64,000 nt of DNA. Source: Longimicrobiales bacterium. GTDB taxonomy: Bacteria; Gemmatimonadota; Gemmatimonadetes; Longimicrobiales; Gaopeijiaceae. Numbering within the stretch: the stretch's first letter is position 1; every line of letters begins with the position of its first letter. Shown here piece after piece: positions 20,404-28,964 of this stretch. A program made the translations under genes and the position numbers. The notes beneath the pieces were generated by a model, which saw only the letters and a program-made list of their open reading frames with translations, did no database searches and was not told the DNA's origin. The stretch lies in assembly GCA_965198065.1 (NCBI GenBank), contig CBDAON010000004.1, positions 1,312,001 to 1,376,000 of the forward strand, written 5' to 3'.

Positions 20404-21338
20404 TCATCGGAAGTGCGCCCCGGAGAGGCGCACCGTTTGCCAGGTGCGGCCGGTGTGGATCGGCCCTCGGCCGCGCTGCCGACGTGCCTGCTTCGTCAGC
20501 GTGACGCTGCGTTTCAGGGCGGCTTGCAGGCCTCCGAACTCGTCGAGGATCTGGATCGCACCTTGAAGGATGGCGCGCTCGATGCGGTCGATCTCTTCAC
20601 GGATCCCGGCGTCCGGTTCGGCCGGGCCGGAGGCTTCTGCCCAGCCGCCGAGTATCGCCCGGGCCCGAGCAAACTCCTCGAGGGTGCGGACGACGGCCAC
20701 GACCTCGACGGATCGGCCGCGCTCGCTGAGCGCTTTCCAAAGGCCGCGGTGCGCTTCGCCCCAGGAGCGGAGCGCGGTCGTGGTATCGTGTCCGGGATCG
20801 ACGTAGACGAACACGGCGCGCTCGGCTTCGAGCGCGACCGGCAGCTTGACTGGGAAGTAACGCCGCGTGTTACCGGCCGCTCCGCGGTAGAGCCGCGAGG
20901 GCAGGATCCGGCGTTCGATGCCGAGCGCCTCGAATGCGCCGACCTTCTCGGACTCGGTCGGCAGCCACGGCAAGTCGGGATGCTCGAGCACGTAGTCGAG
21001 CGAGAGCAGGCGACGCATGAGCACCGCCTCGGAAGCGGCCCGGCGGTGGCGGATGTCCTCGGCGCCGAGCGCTCGGTAGATGCGCCGGCTGAAAATCCTG
21101 CACACGCGGCCGATGCCATTGATGCCGGGCACGGTCTCTTCGGTGGCCGCGCCTTGCGCGATCAGGGCGTGGACGCCGCGCCGCACCTGTTCGGGATGCG
21201 CATCGAGGAACCGGGACCACTGGGCGCGGATGAACACGCCGCTGTGGAGACAAGCCAGCGCGATCCATTCGGGGCCTGGCGTCCCGTCCAACCGAACGGC
21301 TCAAGGGCCGCTTCCCGTCCCCGCAGATGGGCGATCAC
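20404..21338 (-). CDS. wHTH-containing hypothetical ICE protein, frameshifted near 21272
   Basis: GTG start overlaps the virB8 stop; VIAHLRGREAALEPFGWTGRQA joins EWIALACLHSGVF across a homopolymer run. Confidence 0.65.
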
Positions 21339-21804
21339 CTGGGCTGCTCCGTGACCAGGGCACGGTCGGCCTGGAGGTAGGTGATGAGGATGCCCATCGG
21401 GTTGTAGACGACGAACTCGGAGGGAATGACGGTGAGGAACGTGAACCGGAGCGTGATCGACCACCGCTCCCTCAGGGTCTCCTGCCCCTGCCGGAGGTGG
21501 ACTAGGTCGAAGTCGGCGGTCGCGCCGTGGGGTGCCTCCGGTGCGGGGTGGATGCGGAGCACGGCCTGCTCGACCTGGAGCTCGGTGTCGGCGGTGCCGG
21601 CCGCCATGGCGGCGACCTCGGCGCCGTCCCTCGTGAACGCGGCGTTCGCCAGCTCGGTCGAGAGGAAGCGTAGGCTCCGGGTCCAGTGCTCCTCGACCGT
21701 CGCCTGGCGCCTGGAGTAGAAGTCGGCGATGAACCGGTTCAGGAAATACTTGGTCGTGGGATCGAGCGGATCCGCCTGCGCCGTTGCGGCCTCGTAGGCC
21801 ACGG
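21335..21804 (-). CDS. virB8: VirB8/TrbF, 3' part (gene split by element 1)
   Basis: VAYEAATAQ...KYFLNRFIADFYS...YNPMGILITY (VirB8 NPxG motif). Confidence 0.85.
21786..21804. repeat. att core, left end of element 1
   Basis: GCGGCCTCGTAGGCCACGG, identical at 26777-26795. Confidence 0.92.
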
Positions 21805-21913
21805 ACATCCAGAATCTACCGGTGTCCAGTGCCATCCAGATAGATTGCTAAATTACTGTAGTTAAAGGGCTTTATCTACCTTATCCGGCATCTTGCGCGG
21901 CTCGCTACATCCC

Positions 21914-21942
21914 TTGATATCCATCTCCATCCCCTATATTAT
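21914..21942 (+). promoter_or_regulatory. Sigma70-type promoter of integrase 1 (probably leaderless)
   Basis: TTGATA-17 bp-TATTAT, ATG 6 nt downstream; same arrangement upstream of integrase 3. Confidence 0.7.
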
Positions 21943-21948
21943 GAGGGT

Positions 21949-23181
21949 ATGAATGCCGTAGAGAACACCGCCGATCCGCCCCGGAAGACCAAGCCCAAGG
22001 GCCGTCACCCCGACAAAGCCCTGTCCGCCGCCTTCGTGCGCACGGCCCCGCCGGGCAGATATTGCGACGGCAATGGGCTCTACCTCTTCGTTCAGCCGAG
22101 CGGAGCCCGGAGCTGGATTCAACGGCTGGTCATCCGCGGCCGTCGCCGTGACTGCGGACTCGGCAGCGTCGCGCTGGTCTCGCTCGCCGAGGCTCGAGAG
22201 AAGGCGCGGGCCAACCGCAAGCTGGCCCGCGAGGGCGGCGACCCGCTGGCGGAGAAGCGCCGCGCCCAAGGCGTGCCCAGCTTCGCCGAAGCCGCTGCGC
22301 GCGTGGTGCAGCAGAAGCAGGCCGGTTGGCGCAATCCGAAGCATTGCCGCGACTGGATGTCGAGCCTGAGGCGATTCGCCTTCGCGCGCATCGGCGAGAT
22401 ACCGGTGTCGCAGGTGACGAGCGCCGACGTGCTGGAGATCCTTGCTCCGATCTGGCACACGAAGGCGACCACCGCCCGGAAGTTGCGCCAGCGCATCCGC
22501 ACGGTGTTGGAGTGGGCCGTGGCGATGGAGTTCAGGACCGACAACCCGTGCGACCGCCTCGGGCCGGTGCTCGGAGCGCAAGACGCCGTGGTGCAACACA
22601 TGCGGGCCTTGCCGCATCGCGAGGTGGCATCGGCCCTCGAGACGGTGCGGGCATCGGAGAGGATGCCCGTCGTCAAGCTGGTGTTCGAGTTCCTGGTGCT
22701 GACGGCGGCGAGGTGGGGCGAGGTACGGGGGGCCGAATGGGCCGAGATCGATCGGAGGGAGGGTGTGTGGACGGTTCCAGCCACACGGATGAAGGCGAAG
22801 CGCGAGCACCGGGTGCCGCTGTGCCGCCGCGCCATGGAGATCCTCGAGGAGGCGCGGACGCTCGACGACGGCAGTCCGCTGGTGTTCACCGACGGGGCAG
22901 GCAGGCAGCTCAACGGCAAGCGGCTGCGGCGGCTGCTCCGAAAGCACGGGATCTCGGCCGTGCCGCACGGCTTCCGGTCCAGCTTCAGGGACTGGGCGGC
23001 CGAGGAAACGGACCATCCGCGCGAGGTGATCGAGGCGGCGCTGGCGCACGTGGTCCAGAACAAGGTCGAGGCCGCGTATCGGCGCACGGACCTGTTCGAG
23101 CGCCGCCGCCTGCTGATGAACGATTGGGCCGGGTATCTGGCCCGCGAGCGTCGAGACCCGGAGGCCGGTCCCAGCCGCTGA
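21949..23181 (+). CDS. P4-like tyrosine integrase (Arm DNA-binding domain)
   Basis: DGNGLYL, GLGS..VSLAEAR, LTAARWGE, HRVPL, PHGFRSSFRDW, ALAH, AAYRR. Confidence 0.95.
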   Translation: MNAVENTADPPRKTKPKGRHPDKALSAAFVRTAPPGRYCDGNGLYLFVQPSGARSWIQRLVIRGRRRDCGLGSVALVSLAEAREKARANRKLAREGGDPLAEKRRAQGVPSFAEAAARVVQQKQAGWRNPKHCRDWMSSLRRFAFARIGEIPVSQVTSADVLEILAPIWHTKATTARKLRQRIRTVLEWAVAMEFRTDNPCDRLGPVLGAQDAVVQHMRALPHREVASALETVRASERMPVVKLVFEFLVLTAARWGEVRGAEWAEIDRREGVWTVPATRMKAKREHRVPLCRRAMEILEEARTLDDGSPLVFTDGAGRQLNGKRLRRLLRKHGISAVPHGFRSSFRDWAAEETDHPREVIEAALAHVVQNKVEAAYRRTDLFERRRLLMNDWAGYLARERRDPEAGPSR

Positions 23182-23249
23182 GGCGCGAGCCGTTGAGGCC
23201 CGATCCGAGGCCGATCCACGGCTGGCTCATGACCCCTTAAGGGTCAAGA

Positions 23250-23308
23250 GCCAGCCTACCCTTTGTACCCACAAAGGGGCTGGCGAGGGGCTCCGCCCCT
23301 TCGATCCC
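23250..23308 (+). other. oriT-like hairpin A
   Basis: GCCAGC-cta-CCCTTTGT-accc-ACAAAGGG-GCTGGC then GGGGCTCCGCCCCTTCGATCCC; homologous block in element 2. Confidence 0.5.
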
Positions 23309-23551
23309 GAAGGATGCCCGCGCTCTGCTGCGGTGTGCCGTGCTCGCCCAGCGTGCGAGCCGTGTCCGGTCGCGCCCGATGGAGCCTGGCCAGGCGGCTC
23401 CGCAGCGACCGCCTCAGCGTCACCGGCGCAGCTCGCGCCCACGCTCGGCGGACACCGCTCGAGGGGTTGGCCGAAGGGCCGGAGTCCCGGGGAAGGCGCC
23501 TGGCCCCGGGAGGGAAGGAGTGGCCCCCCGGTTCCGATGCCACGGGCTAAT

Positions 23552-24172
23552 TCAACTGAACGTCGCGGCCCCCGAGAACGACTCGTTGATCTGAGCGCCG
23601 CACGCCTGCCCGGCGACTGTGATGCTGAACCCGAGCAACGCGTCCGGATCATCCACCGACTCCAAATCCACATCCATCCGGCATGACCCACTCCGACCGT
23701 CGCCCGTGGCCCACTGAACCGTCCCGGCCACGGTGCCGCTGATCTCGAACATGAACTCTGTCGAGATTGACAGCTCGATGCTCATCTCCACCTCGGGCGC
23801 GCCGTCCACGGTAAAGGTGATCCCGGTCCCCGTGTGCCTCTCCATGCAATCCGCGTGAACAAGGGTCGCCGACACGCCCACGCCGGCGCCGTCGTCGCCC
23901 GGTCCTAGGGAAGGCGTGACCTGTGCGTCCACTGCCACCGTTCCACCTATCGTGCATTGGCCCGTGAACTGTAGGCTGGCGCCGCCAGGGGTCACGATCT
24001 CGTTGATTTCGTCGCCGCTCAGCAGCTGGAGGCCGGGGTTCATCGTTACCTCGAGGAGCGCGAGAGCCTCCGCCGGGGTCAGCGAGTCTTCGGGCTCCGT
24101 CGAGCTGCCACCGCCGCAAGAAGCCACGGCTAGTCCGACACTCAGAATCACCCCTGCTCGAATTCGGCGCAT
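23552..24172 (-). CDS. Lipoprotein cargo, unknown function
   Basis: Signal peptide with VASC lipobox; RBS GAGGA. Confidence 0.75.
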   Translation of the reverse strand: MRRIRAGVILSVGLAVASCGGGSSTEPEDSLTPAEALALLEVTMNPGLQLLSGDEINEIVTPGGASLQFTGQCTIGGTVAVDAQVTPSLGPGDDGAGVGVSATLVHADCMERHTGTGITFTVDGAPEVEMSIELSISTEFMFEISGTVAGTVQWATGDGRSGSCRMDVDLESVDDPDALLGFSITVAGQACGAQINESFSGAATFS

Positions 24173-24189
24173 AAGTCACGTCCTCTGTT

Positions 24190-24400
24190 GTGGCAATTTC
24201 TGATTCGGGAGCGCCAACTCGCGAATCGATCCCGGCCGGTCGCCTGAGCGGGCGTGAGCGGGATCACCCGTTCCGCAACCACCGGCGAGCCCTTCTCTTC
24301 GGCACGCCCCGACCGTGTCCGGATGTGCCGTGATAACACTCCCGGAGCCTAGGAGGTCCTGTGTGGGCGCCGCCGGGTTGAGCCGGAGTGAGATCCCTGA
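24190..24400 (-). pseudogene. Decayed mobC-like (RHH) gene
   Basis: Fragments ISLRLN, LSRHIR and IRELA in shifting frames, downstream of an oriT-like hairpin. Confidence 0.35.
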
Positions 24401-24522
24401 CTCGGGCTCGGGTCGGTCACTTTGTGACGAGCGAGTACCGGCGTTCAGTAAGGCCAACAGCACGGCAGGCGGGCGAGCGAGCCGGGCGGCCGCTCGCTGC
24501 CCCGGCAGCGGCCCGGTAAGTT

Positions 24523-24615
24523 GGGGGTTCAAGGGGGGCGCAGCGTCCCCTTGGCCAGACCGCAATGTTTGACATTGCGTGGGCTGGCTTAAGCACCTTA
24601 GTGTCCGTCTAAGGT
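24523..24615 (-). other. oriT-like hairpin B
   Basis: GCCAG..CGCAATGT-ttg-ACATTGCG..CTGGC flanked by CTTAAG/CTTAG/CTAAG repeats and a GGGG...CCCC stem. Confidence 0.45.
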
Positions 24616-24912
24616 GGCGCGACGGCGGTCGGAAACGCACCCGCCGGGGGGGTGTTGGCCCCCGGCTTGCGCGTCCCCTCTGAGTTGCTGGTGAAGCTCT
24701 CGTGGGCTCACCTCCGGAGCCGGTCACGGTGCGGGGGGGTGAAGCGATCCGGCGCGCAAGCCCGCCAGGTTCGCACGTGCGGGGATCGGATCGGCGGGGC
24801 ACACGGGGCCTCCGGGGAGCTTCACCGCCGGGGGGATCGCATCGCAAGCGCTGGCGCTAGGCAGGGGCGGTCTGAAGGAAGTAGTGGTCTGATCTTCCTG
24901 TAACGAAGACGC

Positions 24913-25299
24913 TTAGGCTGGGTCTCCTTTCTTGATACGAATTCCTGCGCAGAAATAAGCGATGATCGCCCACGCCGGTATGACCAAGTACGGAAACGGG
25001 TCGGTTGCGATCTCGAAGGCAATGTCATTTCGCAGAATAATCAACAGCACTATAGACACCAGAGCCAAGGCTTCTACGGACCTCCGAAGCATCGTCTCCT
25101 TTCTCAAGCCTAGGAGTCTCCTCTTTCGAGACCGGTAGGCGAGAGCGCCAAGAATCATAATTGGTCCGGCAATGAATCCTGCCGTGTCGTCCCCGGCCGC
25201 CAACCGGGCGGGAGCTCCGAGGAAGTAGATGGCGCCAAACACAATGGCCAGAGTGGATCCTAGGAACCGCATGTCTGGCACGAACCGGTTCGCTTTCAC
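24913..25299 (-). CDS. Small integral membrane protein cargo
   Basis: About four hydrophobic segments; GAGGAGG RBS before GTG. Confidence 0.65.
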   Translation of the reverse strand: MKANRFVPDMRFLGSTLAIVFGAIYFLGAPARLAAGDDTAGFIAGPIMILGALAYRSRKRRLLGLRKETMLRRSVEALALVSIVLLIILRNDIAFEIATDPFPYLVIPAWAIIAYFCAGIRIKKGDPA

Positions 25300-25720
25300 G
25301 ACAAACGCCTCCTCACCCGTAGGATGTAGCGAGAGGCCAATCTTAGGGGATCGCATCCGGGAGCGAGCCCGCCGGGGCGGATCGGATCGCAAGCCTGCCA
25401 GGCGCGCACATGGCTGCCTCCGGACCTACTGGGAAAGGTGCACCGGGTGGTGCCGTTAGTCCGACGGTCCAAGAGAAACCGGTGTGTAGAATGCGACCAT
25501 GCGGCACGTGTGGCATACGAGAGGAATTACGGGGAACAACTCATCTTCCTCGGACTGCCCCTGGAGGAACCATAGCCTACTGCCGGGTTCCAGAGTTTCT
25601 TGGTTCCGGCAATGTAGGCAGATGATGCCATGCTGGCGCAGGTGAGCTGATTACTCTCCTCAGCTCTTCACTGGTCAGCTTATCGGACCGGGTGTACTCG
25701 ATTCTGTCCGGATCCATGCG

Positions 25721-26311
25721 TCAGCCGCAGGCTTCCTCATTCACGCGGAGGTAGTCGAGGATGAACCCGTCCAGGTACTCGGACACCGTTTGCATGATGA
25801 AGCTCGCGCTCCCGCCGTGTGTGCCGATGGTGTCCCTTTCCCATGTGGTGGCCACCCCCGATTCTCCGCTTCTGGGGTCTTGGACGGACTTAAAGAGCTC
25901 TAGGCTGATATCGAACGCCGGGCTGAACGTCCTGATATTCAGCTCCAGCATCTGGCCGCCGCCCGAATCGTACAGCCTAGCGGCCCGCAACCGGCTCTCC
26001 ACCATCGTCCAAACGCGCTCCTTGGTGAGCCCCATTTCCTCCGCCTCGTCGCCTGAGACTAGACCGACGGCATACACCGGCGCGCACTCGGTGAATAGCC
26101 CGAAGCGGTCAACGTACGTCCCGTCCAAAATCTCCGCGAACACGTTGCACGGCGGCAGTGCCTGGTCCGGGTCGGCGGACACCGGCGGAGCGCCTGACGG
26201 GTCCTGCTCCGGGGCGGGCTCCGCCCTGTCGAAGTCGTCAACCTGGCACGCGAGCGGCACGGCGAGCGCGAGGCCCGCCAGAGCGAGCTGGCAGACACGG
26301 TGGGCGCTCAC
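25721..26311 (-). CDS. Lipoprotein cargo (paralogue of 41118-41960)
   Basis: PLAC lipobox; FTECAPV, ESRLRAA, FILDYLRVNE motifs shared with the paralogue. Confidence 0.75.
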   Translation of the reverse strand: MSAHRVCQLALAGLALAVPLACQVDDFDRAEPAPEQDPSGAPPVSADPDQALPPCNVFAEILDGTYVDRFGLFTECAPVYAVGLVSGDEAEEMGLTKERVWTMVESRLRAARLYDSGGGQMLELNIRTFSPAFDISLELFKSVQDPRSGESGVATTWERDTIGTHGGSASFIMQTVSEYLDGFILDYLRVNEEACG

Positions 26312-26562
26312 GGGGCCGGGCCGGGCTCGGGGGGGCGCAGCCCGGAGCCGCGCCAGCCGTCGATCAGCCCCTCGATCCGCGCCACGCGTTCCCGCAGGTC
26401 CGCGACGTCGCGGCGGATGGCGACCGCGAGCACGATGCCCACGCCGTCCGCTCGATGGCGGCGAGGGAGCCCGCGCGGAGTCGGATCAAGACTTGTTCGG
26501 GGTACAGCGTTCGCCGCCGGGACATTCGGCGGGGCTCTTGTCCGCCTCCAAGCGTGCGCCAA
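26308..26562 (-). CDS. Short coiled-coil peptide, possibly a remnant
   Basis: IRRDVADLRERVARIEGLIDGW heptad; stop overlaps the next start; N-terminus unconvincing. Confidence 0.35.
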   Translation of the reverse strand: MAHAWRRTRAPPNVPAANAVPRTSLDPTPRGLPRRHRADGVGIVLAVAIRRDVADLRERVARIEGLIDGWRGSGLRPPEPGPAP

Positions 26563-26760
26563 GGGACGGTTGGTCCGGTCATTGCTCGTCCTCCGTTGCG
26601 TCGGCGCGGACCTTCAATCCCCACTGTCTAACCGACGGGTTCTGCAAGGTTCCCTTCCGCGAACGTCCACTGGGGTCGAACGGATTCCCGTACGGAAAGA
26701 GGGATCTAATGAGGGGATCGGAGAGAGTTGGTCAGCAGTAAGTTATTATATATCAGTATC

Positions 26761-26994
26761 TTATAATCTTTCTGTCGCGGCCTCGTAGGCCACGGCCTCG
26801 GCGCGGCCGACCTCGTCGACCCGCACCACGATGGGCCTGGGCGGCTCGACGGTCGCGATGCGAAGGAGCAGGACGGCGAGCGCGAGGCATCCCCCTGCTA
26901 GGATGATTGCAAGAGTCCGGAGCTTTCGGTTCGCCTCGACGGTCTCGCCCCAGATCTCCGCGTACTCGCGGCCGGCATCGTGTTCTCGGTTCAT
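26761..26994 (-). CDS. virB8: VirB8/TrbF, 5' part (truncated by element 1)
   Basis: MNREHDAGREYAEIWG...TM...PIVVRVDEVGRAEAVAYEAA, then a stop inside the element. Confidence 0.85.
   Translation of the reverse strand: MNREHDAGREYAEIWGETVEANRKLRTLAIILAGGCLALAVLLLRIATVEPPRPIVVRVDEVGRAEAVAYEAATERL
26777..26795. repeat. att core, right end of element 1
   Basis: GCGGCCTCGTAGGCCACGG. Confidence 0.92.
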
Positions 26995-27005
26995 GGATGT
27001 CTCCT

Positions 27006-28016
27006 TCAGCCTCCGGGGACTGGGGGGCGGGGCGGGTTCGCGGCAGCCGTGAGGCGCCCGCCGCCGCGCACCACGAGCGCCATCATGCCCGACCCGACGG
27101 ACCCGGATCCGGAGACGAGCATCGCGGCGAGCTCGCCCACCTTCATGCCGGCCATCAGGCCGGAGACGACGAGCGGGAGGAGAACGACGACCCACAGCCC
27201 CAGCTCGGCGGGGTCGGAGGAGCCGGTGCCCATCAGGGCACCGGTATAGGTGGTGACGTAGCCCATGCCCACGCCCATGAACACACGGAGGATGGCTCCC
27301 GCCACGACGCCGTAGAGCGTGTAGACCATGAGCGTGCGGAACCATCCCCAGAACAGGAACGCGAGCGGCTCGAACAGCAGCCAGGGGATGAACACGGGGC
27401 CCAAGAGGATCACGATCGCGAGCGCCACCTGCGCCCAGATCACCTGCGCGTAGGTCAGGCAGAAGAGCGCGACTAGGCCGAGCACGAGCGGCACGCCCAT
27501 CATCAGCGCGACGAGGGCGGAGAAGAACACGCTCACGCCCTCGGTCACGAGGGTCATCAGGCTCCCGCCCGACCATGCCGCGCCGAGCCGTGCGGCGAAC
27601 GCCTGCACCAGCGCGGTCATCTCCGTGTAGCCGACCGACACGACGTCGGAGATGAACAGGTTCTGGAGCCAAATCCCTCCGGCCGCCACCGTGGCCGGGA
27701 ACGTGAACCCCACGCCCGGGATCGGGACGCTGTAGTAGTGGAGTAGCGTCCGGGGGATCGCGATCCCGAGGACGACCCGCACGAGCGCCCAAGGCTCGAG
27801 CGTGCCGCTGTAGGCGATCTTGAGGCCGGTCCAGGCGACGACGATCGCCGCGAGACCGCCCCAGAGTTGGTGGCCGAGCGTCAGCACGTCGGGCGCGGCG
27901 CCGCCGATCACCGTATCGAGCACGACGTCCAGGAACCCCTTGAAGTCCTGGAGCTGATCCGCGGGGATCTGGGCCGGGACGTTCGGATCGATCGACTGAG
28001 GGGGAGGAAGTTGCAT
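27006..28016 (-). CDS. virB6: VirB6/TrbL-type inner membrane T4SS protein
   Basis: Polytopic, LLGPVFIPWLLFEPLAFLFWGW; position in the operon. Confidence 0.85.
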   Translation of the reverse strand: MQLPPPQSIDPNVPAQIPADQLQDFKGFLDVVLDTVIGGAAPDVLTLGHQLWGGLAAIVVAWTGLKIAYSGTLEPWALVRVVLGIAIPRTLLHYYSVPIPGVGFTFPATVAAGGIWLQNLFISDVVSVGYTEMTALVQAFAARLGAAWSGGSLMTLVTEGVSVFFSALVALMMGVPLVLGLVALFCLTYAQVIWAQVALAIVILLGPVFIPWLLFEPLAFLFWGWFRTLMVYTLYGVVAGAILRVFMGVGMGYVTTYTGALMGTGSSDPAELGLWVVVLLPLVVSGLMAGMKVGELAAMLVSGSGSVGSGMMALVVRGGGRLTAAANPPRPPVPGG

Positions 28017-28035
28017 GACGGTCGCTCCCCGGGGC

Positions 28036-28947
28036 CTAGGCTTGGCCGCCCATGTAGAACGACGGGACCTTGAAGAGGAGCCCCTCCCGGAGCCGGTCGC
28101 GATTCTGGAGCGCGGCCGCCCGCATCTGCTCGTACATCGCGTTCGTACGGAGGCGTGCGTCCCTCCACTCGGCGAGCCGCTCGAGCCGGTCGATCTCGGC
28201 CTGCTGCATCTGGTTCGCCTGCTCGACGGCCTGATAGGCGAGCACCTGCGCCACGGCGGCGTTGATCCGGCCCTGCGTCAGCGCGGCAGCCACTTGCGCC
28301 TGCTGGAGCGCCGTGTTGGACAGATTGCCGTTCGCGGTCAGGTCGTCGAACGAGCCCTGTGCGCTCTCGACGGTCGAGGCGAGCGAGGCCGCGGCGTCCA
28401 TCATCGCGTAGTCGAGCACGCGCTGGCGGTCGGCGGCCTCACGGGCCTGGCGGTAGTCCTCAACCGCGCGCGACGACGCCTCGGCCGGGCGGTTGCGGAA
28501 CAGCTCGAGGATGTCCGCCTCGCTCACCTGGTCGGCCACCCCTTGGGCGCTCCGCCAGACGTCGGTGAACGAGTCGCCGCTCCCCATGTCACGCACCGCG
28601 TCGACCAGCTCGCCGGCTGCGCCGGTGAAGTCGGAACCCCAGTCGAGGCCGTCGCCGACGAGGCCGATGGACCCGGCCGCCAGCTCCGCGAACGGCTCGA
28701 TCAGCCCATCCACCTCGCCCCGCGCAACCTCCTTCATGTAGTCGAGCTGCTCCTCGAGCTCGGTGAGCTGGCGGGTCATCGTCCGCATCTGGCGGATCTG
28801 GTTCGCGATCTGGGTCGCCTGGTTCACGATCATCTGGGCACGCTGAATCGCGCCGCTGATGGCGCCCAAGAAGGCTTCGGCCGGCGCCGCGCTGGTCAGG
28901 ATCAGGATCGGGACCAGGAGGACGGCGGTAAGGGTTCGGTGACGCAT
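28036..28947 (-). CDS. TrbJ/VirB5-like T4SS protein
   Basis: Signal peptide, NQATQIANQIRQ helical Q-rich segment; AGGAG RBS (alternative start 28968). Confidence 0.7.
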   Translation of the reverse strand: MRHRTLTAVLLVPILILTSAAPAEAFLGAISGAIQRAQMIVNQATQIANQIRQMRTMTRQLTELEEQLDYMKEVARGEVDGLIEPFAELAAGSIGLVGDGLDWGSDFTGAAGELVDAVRDMGSGDSFTDVWRSAQGVADQVSEADILELFRNRPAEASSRAVEDYRQAREAADRQRVLDYAMMDAAASLASTVESAQGSFDDLTANGNLSNTALQQAQVAAALTQGRINAAVAQVLAYQAVEQANQMQQAEIDRLERLAEWRDARLRTNAMYEQMRAAALQNRDRLREGLLFKVPSFYMGGQA

Positions 28948-28964
28948 TAGAGGCTCCTTTCGTC

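Larger units (their letters stand above)
21786..26795. mobile_element. Satellite integrative element 1, inserted in virB8
   Basis: 19-bp direct repeats, AT-rich inner ends, P4-type integrase at one end, virB8 halves on both flanks. Confidence 0.9.
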
